In this document: positions 28,805 to 37,240 of the stretch, piece after piece
How the letters are laid out: the number at the start of each line of letters is the position of its first letter
How positions within the stretch are numbered: the first letter of the stretch is position 1
Assembly: GCA_030525985.1 (NCBI GenBank)
Contig: JAUNDR010000004.1
Span: forward strand, 3,327-67,326
Length of the DNA: 64,000 nucleotides
Reading direction: 5' to 3'
From: Slackia sp.
GTDB taxonomy: Bacteria; Actinomycetota; Coriobacteriia; Coriobacteriales; Eggerthellaceae
The notes under the pieces: generated by a model
What the model was told of the DNA's origin: nothing
Databases searched by the model: none
Seen by the model: only the letters and a program-made list of their open reading frames with translations
Program-made: the position numbers and the translations under genes

Positions 28805-29860
28805 ATGACGACGCTTGGAATTATCTGGTTCTGCCTTATCTTCGTCCTGATTGCGGGTTATTTCATCCTCGACGGATTCGATCTGGGCGCCGGCGTGCTG
28901 AGCCCCTTCGTTGCGAAAAACGACGAAGAGAAGGCCATCGTGCGCCAGAGCATCGGCCCTGTGTGGGACGGCAACGAGGTGTGGCTGCTTACCGCAGGCG
29001 GCGCGCTGTTCGCGGCGTTCGCCCCGGCGTATGCCACGACGTTCTCGGGTTTCTATCTGGCCATCATTTTGGTTCTCATGGGCCTGATCGTGCGTGCCGT
29101 GTCCGTCGAATTCGCGGGCCACGATAAGGAATGGTCCAAGATCTGGAACGCGCTGTTCTTCGTCGGGTCGCTGCTTCCCGCCCTGCTTCTGGGCGTGGCT
29201 GCGGGTAATGTGTTCGCGGGCATTCCCATGAATGCCAACGGCGACTACGTGGGCGTCCCGCTGCTCGGCTTGGTGACCCCGTTCACGCTGCTCACCGGTC
29301 TTTTGGGCCTGAGCCTGTTCATCTGCCAGGGTTCCGGCTGGCTGTCGCTGAAGGCGCCGCTCGCTTCCGATGTGCGCGCCCGCGCCAAGAAGATCCGCAG
29401 CATCGCCCTTGTTGCGGCAGGCGTGCTGTTCCTGGTGACCGCCGCTTACGCGCTGTTCGTGCTCAAGCCTGAAATGGCTCCTGAGCTTTCCATCCTGCGC
29501 ATGGCCTTCTTCGCCTTGGTGCTTGCCGCCTTGGTGTTCGCCATCGTGAAGAGCCGCGACGAAAAGGCCGACCTGCTTACGTTCATCGCCTCTTCTGCCG
29601 CTTGCGCCATGCTGGTCGCCCTGTGGGCGTCGCTCATGTTCCCCAACCTGGTGGTTGCGGGTGCCGGCGATCCGCTGAGCCTGTTCGGCACGCCGGCATC
29701 GGGCGAGAGCATCACCATCGCCACCGCCGCTTCGAGCGATTTGGCGCTTGGCTGGATGCTCGGTATCACGTGCGTCGGCCTGCCGCTGGTGCTTGCCTAC
29801 CACTTCCTGATCTATCGCACCTTCCGCGGTCGCGTGAAGGTGGAGGACCTGCATTACTAG
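28805..29860 (+). CDS. cydB: cytochrome bd oxidase subunit II
   Basis: 351 aa; ILDGFDLGAG and WDGNEVWLL motifs; tightly coupled to cydA. Confidence 0.95.
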   Translation: MTTLGIIWFCLIFVLIAGYFILDGFDLGAGVLSPFVAKNDEEKAIVRQSIGPVWDGNEVWLLTAGGALFAAFAPAYATTFSGFYLAIILVLMGLIVRAVSVEFAGHDKEWSKIWNALFFVGSLLPALLLGVAAGNVFAGIPMNANGDYVGVPLLGLVTPFTLLTGLLGLSLFICQGSGWLSLKAPLASDVRARAKKIRSIALVAAGVLFLVTAAYALFVLKPEMAPELSILRMAFFALVLAALVFAIVKSRDEKADLLTFIASSAACAMLVALWASLMFPNLVVAGAGDPLSLFGTPASGESITIATAASSDLALGWMLGITCVGLPLVLAYHFLIYRTFRGRVKVEDLHY

Positions 29861-29871
29861 GTCTTGAAACG

Positions 29872-29907
29872 AGCAGCCGGCGATCTTTCGAAGCCGCGCC
29901 GGCTGCT
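29872..29907 (+). terminator. terminator-like hairpin after cydB
   Basis: 11-bp stem agcagccggcg/cgccggctgct, no T-tail. Confidence 0.45.
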
Positions 29908-29938
29908 TGGATCGCGAGGGTGCATCCCGCGCACATCG

Positions 29939-29975
29939 ACTCCCGTCGTTCGAATGAGCGGCGGGAGTTTTTTTT
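29939..29975 (+). terminator. rho-independent terminator after cydB
   Basis: Stem actcccg.../...cgggagt followed by T7. Confidence 0.7.
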
Positions 29976-30164
29976 ATGGTCGGATATGCGAGACGGAGGG
30001 GTTTCGCCGCGCAATCGAACGTGCTTTTATGCGGGCGCCACGGTCGGCAGGGCGGGTCGGGCGCTCCGCCCTGCCCCCGATTCGGATGGCGGAGTTGCTG
30101 CCGAACGGATGCGGCGGGCTGTTCTTTCACTCGAATATATGGACAAGTGCGGATTGGCGATCAA

Positions 30165-30186
30165 AATCACTCAAATTAAAGTGATT
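30165..30186. promoter_or_regulatory. inverted repeat AATCACT-N8-AGTGATT upstream of the AlbA_2 gene
   Basis: Sits in an AT-rich stretch about 45 nt upstream of ATG 30229. The TCACTC motif recurs around this gene. Confidence 0.4.
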
Positions 30187-30228
30187 GCTGATACCATAGA
30201 AAGATATACGCAAACGACGAGAGGAACC

Positions 30229-31998
30229 ATGCCCGAAACCATACGCGACGTCGTCGACCGCCTTCGCGGCGTCGGCGCAGGCGACGCATTCCACGAAATC
30301 CACACAGGCTCCCACGCGATCGACCGAGGCGCGTGGGAAAGCGTCAGCGCGTTCGCGAACGCGCGCGGCGGCATGCTCGTTTTCGGGCTCGATGCCGACA
30401 ACGGCTTCATTCCCTCGGACGGCTTTTCCATCGACGAGGCGGCGTCTCGCTTTACGGCGGGCATGACGGATGGAGGCCCGACATCGGTGCTGGTCAATCC
30501 GCCTCAATACGATATCCGCCGCGTGGAATTCGACGGCGCTCCCGTGCTCGTGGTGGAGATTCGCGAGCTGGACGCGCGCCTCAAGCCGTGCTTTCTGGCG
30601 GAGGCGGGGCTGCAAAACGGAAGCTACAAGCGCGTCGGCGCCGAGAACGTCAAGCTGACGGCGGCGGAAATCGACGAGTTGAAAAGCGCCGTTCTGCCGA
30701 ACGACGCCGAAGCCGAAACGGTGGCCGACGCCGACATGGACGATTTGGACATGGCTATCATCGGAAGCATGGTGGAGCGTCGCCGCCGCAAAAGCCCGCG
30801 CGCCTTGCGCGGTGCGCCGACCCAAAGCGCCCAGCTCGAGCGTCTGAATATCGTCGATAAGAAAGGCGATGTCAGGCTCATGGGCCTGCTCGCCGCAGGA
30901 TTCTATCCCCAGCAGTTCTTCCCCCGGCTCGTCATCGACGTGCGCGTGCATGACGGCGTTTCGCTGCGTCCTGTCGATCATATCGTGTGCGACGGCTCCC
31001 TGTCGGAGATGATCGACGACGCCCTGGCGGCGCTCTCGCGCGTTCTCGGGCGGCGTTCGTCTTCGGATGGCCATCGGCACGCCGACGACTGGGAAATACC
31101 GCGAAAAGCCCTGAGAGAGGCCATTGCGAACGCGGTCGTGCATCGCGAATACGGCCGCTACTTCCTGGGTTGGCCCGTTTCGGTGGACGTCTATCCTGAA
31201 AAAGTGGTGGTGAGCAGCCCGGGCGGGCTGTGGGGAGGCAAGACCGTCGATGCCATGGCGGACGGAACGTCGCGCTGCCGCAACGCGCGCCTTATGCAGC
31301 TCATGGAGTCCACGTCGCTGGCGAGCGACGGCGCCGCCGTCGCCGAAGGCTGCGGATCGGGCGTCGCCGCGATGTTCGACGAGATGGACATGCATGCGCT
31401 CGCCCATCCCGAGTTCGACGCGTCGCCCGATTTGTTCCAGGTGACGTTCGCGCGACCCGTCTCGTCGCGTGCCCGCGCGTCGGCGCGTGCGCTTCCCTAT
31501 CGTCAGGATGCGCTGTTCGCGGATGCCGCCGAAGGGAAATCGCGCCGCAAACCCGCCGCGTCGTCCTCGGGCGATCGCGCCGGGGCCGATTTCGCCGCCG
31601 ACGCGTCGATACCTATCGAGGGCTCGGCGCACGACGCCGTGCATGGCGAGGACGCCCGCTTGTTTGAGCGTCATGGGCGTCATGCCGACAGGACGCGCGA
31701 TGCCGCATCGCATTCCGCCGACGCCGCGGATGCGCTTTCCGGTCATGGCGCGATGCAGCCCTCGAGTTTCGAGGGCGATGCGGTCGAAGGGTCCATCGAG
31801 GAAAGGATCGTCGCACTGCTCGAGGCGGCGGGCGAACCACTCGGCGCGCGCGATATCGTCGACGGTCTGGGGCTTGAAATGCCTGTGTTCCGCTACCGGG
31901 TGAAAAAGCTCGTCGATGCAGGGGTCGTTGCAGCGACGGCACCGCCGACGAGCAAGAAAAGAAAGTACGTCTTGGCGCGTCGGGAGGCTGACGAATAG
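30229..31998 (+). CDS. AlbA_2 (Schlafen-like) / RecG-C-terminal HATPase-like / wHTH putative DNA-binding protein
   Basis: About 589 aa from ATG 30229, which follows a GAGAGGA RBS. N-terminal ...SVSAFANARGGMLVFGLD...VVEIREL (AlbA_2-like); central REAIANAVVHREY...SSPGGL (HATPase_c_4-like); C-terminal wHTH. The 798-aa ORF extension overlaps cydB and is rejected. Confidence 0.8.
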   Translation: MPETIRDVVDRLRGVGAGDAFHEIHTGSHAIDRGAWESVSAFANARGGMLVFGLDADNGFIPSDGFSIDEAASRFTAGMTDGGPTSVLVNPPQYDIRRVEFDGAPVLVVEIRELDARLKPCFLAEAGLQNGSYKRVGAENVKLTAAEIDELKSAVLPNDAEAETVADADMDDLDMAIIGSMVERRRRKSPRALRGAPTQSAQLERLNIVDKKGDVRLMGLLAAGFYPQQFFPRLVIDVRVHDGVSLRPVDHIVCDGSLSEMIDDALAALSRVLGRRSSSDGHRHADDWEIPRKALREAIANAVVHREYGRYFLGWPVSVDVYPEKVVVSSPGGLWGGKTVDAMADGTSRCRNARLMQLMESTSLASDGAAVAEGCGSGVAAMFDEMDMHALAHPEFDASPDLFQVTFARPVSSRARASARALPYRQDALFADAAEGKSRRKPAASSSGDRAGADFAADASIPIEGSAHDAVHGEDARLFERHGRHADRTRDAASHSADAADALSGHGAMQPSSFEGDAVEGSIEERIVALLEAAGEPLGARDIVDGLGLEMPVFRYRVKKLVDAGVVAATAPPTSKKRKYVLARREADE

Positions 31999-32023
31999 TC
32001 TCTCAAAAATCATCTTCAATCAA

Positions 32024-32062
32024 ATCCCCGTCACTTAATTTATAGTGACGGGGATTATTTTT
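32024..32062 (+). terminator. rho-independent terminator after the AlbA_2 gene
   Basis: 12-bp stem atccccgtcact/agtgacggggat followed by tattttt. Confidence 0.8.
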
Positions 32063-32130
32063 GACTGAGTTTCTACTGATACACGAATCAAGCTGATGGG
32101 GCATTTAAGCAGGTTAAGCGAGTGGTAGTA

Positions 32131-32228
32131 TCATCAGTCAAAGCGTATCACTCAATCAGTTAAAAATATAATTAGAGTAAAGTGATAATATCAATCAAAT
32201 TGAGTGATATATATTATTTGACTGATGA
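32131..32228. repeat. 98-bp AT-rich nested inverted repeat
   Basis: Outer arms tcatcagtcaaa/tttgactgatga and inner arms atcactcaat/attgagtgat; 25/98 G+C by my count. Confidence 0.85.
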
Positions 32229-32644
32229 TTGCAGCAACCTTCTCTCAGCGAAATGGAGTTTGCATCGTGGGCCTCAAAGGACCGTGGGGAAAGGCTTTCT
32301 AATCGAAAAGGGGCATGCTTTCTGCGTTGCGGGCTTTAAAAGACTGCGGGACAAACGCCGTAGGCCCGAATCTGGGCGGACTTCTTGCAATGGGGTCCAT
32401 CCGCCAACGCTTTCGGTCGAGGAGCGCTCGGTAGACAGGCGATTGGGGCCTCATGCAGTGCGGAGCCTGTCGCTTTACCCTTTTCCTGTCGGGCTTTTCG
32501 AGAGCTTCGCGCACCGCTTAGCCGTATGGTTTGACGGGCGGTATACTGGGGCAAAAACGCGTCGCGCATCGGAGCGCCCGCTGCCGTTTGGCGCAAATGC
32601 GCCGCGCGCCCGCGAATCGACCGCATCATCGAGGAGGCTTCATC

Positions 32645-33088
32645 ATGCAATACGCCGCACTGCAGGAAGAAATCAAAAACGCCATGCGCGCCCATGACAA
32701 GAACCGCCTGTCCATTCTTCGCCAGGTTCTCGGCGAGGTGAAAAACATCGAGGTGAACGAGCGTCGCGAAATCGTCGAGGCGGATGTCGATGCTATGTTG
32801 AAGCGCCTGGTCAAGCAGACGGGTGAGACGCTCGAGGGCTCGATCAAGGCGGGTACCGACGAGGCGCGCACGGCCATGCTGAAAGAGCAGGTGGAGATCC
32901 TCGAAAGCTATCTTCCCAAGCAGCTCGAAGGGGCCGAGCTGGTCGCCCTCATCGAGAAAACCATCGCCGATCTGGGCGTTGAAACCAAGCGCGACATGGG
33001 CAAGGTCATGGGCGCCCTCAATGCCGCAACGGGCGGGAATTTCGATAAGGCTGCCGCCGCCAAAGAGGTGGGAAGCCGCCTGGCTTAA
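32645..33088 (+). CDS. yqeY: GatB/YqeY domain-containing protein
   Basis: 147 aa; MQYAALQEEIKNAMRAHDKNRLSILRQVLGEVKN...; GAGGAGG RBS. Confidence 0.88.
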   Translation: MQYAALQEEIKNAMRAHDKNRLSILRQVLGEVKNIEVNERREIVEADVDAMLKRLVKQTGETLEGSIKAGTDEARTAMLKEQVEILESYLPKQLEGAELVALIEKTIADLGVETKRDMGKVMGALNAATGGNFDKAAAAKEVGSRLA

Positions 33089-33265
33089 GGGGCCTGTTAT
33101 ATGCAGCGGATCGGTCTTGCGCACAGGTCGGTATCTTGACGTGTGCGACCGATGTGGAAAGGGCGCGAAATGCGCCCTTTTTTCGTCGCTATCTCGCCTA
33201 TAATCGCAGTTCGCTCGCATTATGTGTTCGTGCGGGCGATAGGGAAGACCACACGAGGAGAAGCC

Positions 33266-34516
33266 TTGTCTGAAGAAATCGATTTCATTCCCGTGCTTAT
33301 CGGCGGGGATATGAACTGCTATTCGGTGGCCCGCGCCATCCATGAGCAATACGGCAAGAAAAGCTACGCATTCGGCCGCTTCGCCGCGGGCGACACCATG
33401 CACAGCCGTATCGTCGAGTGCAGCTATGACGAAAATCTCGATAAGCCCGAGGTGCTGCTTGCCACTATCAAACAGTTCGCCGCGAAGCATCCCGATACGA
33501 TGCATCTGGTGTGGGGTTGCGCCGACGTGTACGCCGCCTTGCTGTCCGAGATTCAGGACGATTTGCCCGTAAACTGCGTGACGCTCTATATCGACAAAGA
33601 CCTGCGCGACCGCCTGGAGTCGAAATCGAGCTTCTACCGTATGTGCGAAGAGCACGGCATTCCGTATCCGAAGACGTTCGCGGTGACGCCCGAACGCTTT
33701 TCGGCGGGTTTGTCCGAATCCGACCTGGCCGAAGAGGCTATCGGGTTCGCGTATCCCATCATCGTGAAGCCCGCCATGAGCGTGACGTACTGGGAGCATC
33801 CTTTCGACGGGATGAAGAAGGTCTATACCGCCGATACCCCCGCGGAGGCGCTGCATATCCTGGGACTGATTTTCGGCGCAGGGTATCCCGACGAGGTGCT
33901 TTTGCAGGACATGGTGGTCGGCGAAGACTGCAACATGAACGTGCTTACGGCGTATTGCGACCGCAATCGCAAGGTGAAGCTGATCTGCTTCGGTCGCGAG
34001 GGCCTCGAAGAACATACCCCCACCGCGCTCGGCAACCCGTGCGCCATCGTCACGCAGCCGAATCCCGAGCTGCAGGAGCTCATCAAGAATTTCCTGGAGA
34101 AAATCGGCTTTACCGGCTTCGCCAACTTCGATATCAAGCGCGACGACCGCGACGGCAGCTATAAGGTGTTCGAGGTGAACCTGCGTCAGGGCCGCACGAA
34201 CTACCACGTCACGGCGGCGGGGCACAACCTTGCCCGCTACGTGGTGGAAGATCGCGTATTCAAGCGCGACCTGGGAGAATGCGTGCAGAATACCAACGAG
34301 GTGTTCTGGCATTCCGTGCCGCGCAAAGTGGTCTACGACTATGTGAAAGATCCCGAGTTCGTGGCCCGTGCCAAAGAGCTCGTCGCTCAGGGCAAGGAAT
34401 CCATGAGTTTCGATTACGGCCCTGACCTGCGCTTCAATCCGATGCGCTGGGCGTGGATGAAGATTCACGTGCATCGTTATATCGACAAGTTCGCCAATCC
34501 CGACAATTACAAGTAG
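33266..34516 (+). CDS. ATP-grasp carboligase (COG3919-like, D-aspartate-ligase-type)
   Basis: N-terminal IPVLIGGDMNCYSVARAIHEQYG; ATP-grasp core YPIIVKPAMS...LLQDMVVGED...FDIKRD. TTG 33266 follows GAGGAG, while the ORF opens at 33143. Confidence 0.7.
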   Translation: MSEEIDFIPVLIGGDMNCYSVARAIHEQYGKKSYAFGRFAAGDTMHSRIVECSYDENLDKPEVLLATIKQFAAKHPDTMHLVWGCADVYAALLSEIQDDLPVNCVTLYIDKDLRDRLESKSSFYRMCEEHGIPYPKTFAVTPERFSAGLSESDLAEEAIGFAYPIIVKPAMSVTYWEHPFDGMKKVYTADTPAEALHILGLIFGAGYPDEVLLQDMVVGEDCNMNVLTAYCDRNRKVKLICFGREGLEEHTPTALGNPCAIVTQPNPELQELIKNFLEKIGFTGFANFDIKRDDRDGSYKVFEVNLRQGRTNYHVTAAGHNLARYVVEDRVFKRDLGECVQNTNEVFWHSVPRKVVYDYVKDPEFVARAKELVAQGKESMSFDYGPDLRFNPMRWAWMKIHVHRYIDKFANPDNYK

Positions 34517-34639
34517 GAAGGCGGCGGGGCTGCGCGTCTCGCCGTCGGTTGTCGCGGACGGGGTTGCGCCGCATTCGGCGCGCGTCGTGGCCGGCGAATC
34601 CCGCAATCAATCCGACCGTTCGTGCATGAGAGGAAGTGT

Positions 34640-36973
34640 ATGGGAAAGATAAGCAAGATGACGGCGGCTTTTTCGGCGGCGATGCTGGCTGCATCGCTCG
34701 TGCCGCTTACGGCATCGGCCGCTCCGACGGATGGCGTTCAGTCCAACGCCGTTGCGGCGGCGGATTCGCAACCGCAGGAAGCCAAGGCGTGGTATGTGCA
34801 GGTGGGCATTGGTCAGGGAGGCGATGGCAGCGAGGCCAGGCCGTTCAACGATTTCGCCAATGCATATCGCGCCGCCAGCGACGGCGATACGATCGTTCTG
34901 ATGAATACGGCCACCATCATCGACCCGGACGACGGAAAAACGGACGGCTTTTTCGCGATGGACAAGAGCCTGACCATCACGGGCATCGATGGGGCGGGCG
35001 GCTTGAGCGTTCGCCCGACTTTGGTGCTCGGCGCCGATGTGGTGTTCGACGATATCGAGTTTGTTGCCACGTCGACGTCGTTGAACGGCCATGCTCTTAC
35101 CATGAAGAACGTCAAGAACTACACGCAGAGTTCTTCCAGGCCGACCATTTACGGCGGAGAGGCAGACGGAATCACAGAGAACCCCACTCGTGCAGGTCGG
35201 GGGTCGGTTCTGCGTGTCGAAAACACCGCGGGCACCAAGGTGGAGTTCCAGGACATCTATGCAGGCAGCCAGAGCGGCGATTATGCCGGCGACGTCGACA
35301 TCGAGCTCTTGTCGGGCGCGAAAGTGCTCGGCACGCTTTCCGCCGACGGCGCCGCCGGAAAAGTCCAAGGACAGGTTACGATGAACCTTGGAAATGTTCA
35401 CGTGTCGACGATTTCAAGCCAGAGGCAGCCCGCCAGCCCCGACGGGCCGAGGCTGGCCTGCATCGGCTTCAATCCGTCCGATCCCGTGTCTATTTCGGGG
35501 TTCGCGCAGGTTGAATTCAATCGGAGCAACGTGAAGATCGATCCCGCCGCGTCCGAGAACAACGGGCACGTCTTCTTGAGGTCCTCCTCGACGCTCGATG
35601 CCTCTTCCTCCAATGCTCCTTTGCGCGTAGAAAAGTTTACGTCTGATTCTTCTTTGGTCAAGCTTCACGAAGAGGGCTTGCTTGCGGTGAAGGGTTCCTT
35701 CGTCGGCGAGTTTGAGATGCGTACTACTGAGCCGTACGCGGCGGACACGTCGGGCCTGGTTGCGCCCGACCATGCGTACGTGACGGTAGAAGGCGCCGCG
35801 AATGGCACGGTGCGGTTCAAGCCGTATTTCACGCAGCAGAATTACCGGCTGGAAAAGCGGCAGGTGGGCCAGGGCGCGCAGTGGGTTGCGAGCAGCGGAG
35901 TCGAAAGGCCCCTTGTCTCCATTGAAATCGAGGGCGAAAACCGCATCGAAATCAAGCTGGGCGAAGTCGAGCGCGGGATGAGGTTCGGCGATGCCGATGG
36001 CGCGCCGTTGGCATATGATCCCGACTTTGCCATTTATGTCAAAGGGCCTGATGGCAAAGATTTCGATTCCCGAATTCTCGGCGTGGAGCAGGATGTCGAC
36101 GACCCGACGCTTCTTCGCTTCGAAATCTTGGACGAATCGATGGAGGCGGGAACGTATACGCTGGTTTTCACCGACATGGTGAGCGGCAAGACCATCGAGA
36201 AGCCGTTCGAGTTCTTCAAGAACGAAGCGCCTGGACCTGGCGGCGGTGGCGGGGGCGGAACCGATCCCGACCCCGCTCCCGATCCCGACCCCAATCCTGA
36301 ACCGGGTCCCGACCCCGAGCCCGAACCGGCGCCTCAGCCTGGAACTCCCGATGCTCCGACGGCGCCGCCGGCCATCGACGCTCCCGGCCATGGGGACGTG
36401 TGCCCGTCTGTCGCATTCGCCGATGTCGAAGCGGGGCAGTGGCATCACGAGGCCGTTGATTACGCGGTGTGGAACGGCATCATGAGGGGCACTTCGGACG
36501 CGGCGTTCGAGCCCGATTCCACCACGACGCGCGGCATGGCCGTCATGGTGCTCTGGCGTATGGCGGGCGAGCCCGAGCCGCAGGATATCTCGGCGTTCTC
36601 CGACGTCGACCGGGATGCGTGGTATGCCAAGGCCGTCGCATGGGCGTCCGAGGCGGGCGTCGCGCACGGCTACGGCGAAGCGGGCGCCTTCTTCGGGCCC
36701 GAAGACAAGGTCACGCGCGAGCAGCTCGCCACGTTCCTGATGCGCTTCGCGTCCTATAAAGGCTTCGACACCTCCTCGCACGCCGACCTGTCCGTATTCG
36801 GCGACGCGTCCGACATCGGCGCGTTCGCTCGGGATGCGCTGTCGTGGGGCGTCGCCCAGGGGCTGTTCAAGGGCATCGGCGAAACCATGACGCTCGCCCC
36901 CCAGGGCGATTCGACGCGCGCGCAGATGGCCGCGGTCATGATGCGTTTCTGCCAGGCGTTTTTGGAGGCGTAA
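34640..36973 (+). CDS. cell-surface protein with signal peptide, Pro/Asp/Glu-rich linker and three C-terminal SLH domains
   Basis: Signal MGKISKMTAAFSAAMLAASLVPLTASA; linker PDPAPDPDPNPEPGPDPEPEPAPQP; SLH units FADVEAGQWHHEAVDYAV..., FSDVDRDAWYAKAV..., FGDASDIGAFARDAL... Confidence 0.88.
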   Translation: MGKISKMTAAFSAAMLAASLVPLTASAAPTDGVQSNAVAAADSQPQEAKAWYVQVGIGQGGDGSEARPFNDFANAYRAASDGDTIVLMNTATIIDPDDGKTDGFFAMDKSLTITGIDGAGGLSVRPTLVLGADVVFDDIEFVATSTSLNGHALTMKNVKNYTQSSSRPTIYGGEADGITENPTRAGRGSVLRVENTAGTKVEFQDIYAGSQSGDYAGDVDIELLSGAKVLGTLSADGAAGKVQGQVTMNLGNVHVSTISSQRQPASPDGPRLACIGFNPSDPVSISGFAQVEFNRSNVKIDPAASENNGHVFLRSSSTLDASSSNAPLRVEKFTSDSSLVKLHEEGLLAVKGSFVGEFEMRTTEPYAADTSGLVAPDHAYVTVEGAANGTVRFKPYFTQQNYRLEKRQVGQGAQWVASSGVERPLVSIEIEGENRIEIKLGEVERGMRFGDADGAPLAYDPDFAIYVKGPDGKDFDSRILGVEQDVDDPTLLRFEILDESMEAGTYTLVFTDMVSGKTIEKPFEFFKNEAPGPGGGGGGGTDPDPAPDPDPNPEPGPDPEPEPAPQPGTPDAPTAPPAIDAPGHGDVCPSVAFADVEAGQWHHEAVDYAVWNGIMRGTSDAAFEPDSTTTRGMAVMVLWRMAGEPEPQDISAFSDVDRDAWYAKAVAWASEAGVAHGYGEAGAFFGPEDKVTREQLATFLMRFASYKGFDTSSHADLSVFGDASDIGAFARDALSWGVAQGLFKGIGETMTLAPQGDSTRAQMAAVMMRFCQAFLEA

Positions 36974-37240
36974 CGCTTCGATTCGGGAAGGACGCGCGCG
37001 GTGAATGCGGCTTTTCGGCGCCGCACGCGTTTCGCCGAATCGCATAGAAGGAAAACGGGGAGGCGTCGGTCGAGCTTTCGGGCCTTCGACCGGCGCTTCT
37101 TCTGCGTATCGAGGCTTTCCGTCCATAGTGAAATGGCGGAATTTCCCCGTACGATGCGGCCGGGGCGGTAAAATCGTCTTTTTGGAATACAGAGGCCGCG
37201 CCGCCGAGCGCCGGCTTGTACCGTTATCGAAAGGTGCCTT

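Noticed and set aside
29602-30228. N-terminal 209-codon extension of the AlbA_2 ORF (the 798-aa version).
   Set aside because: It overlaps the 3' end of cydB and crosses two terminators. The sequence is Arg-rich nonsense. A proper RBS plus ATG occurs at 30229, where AlbA_2-like sequence begins.
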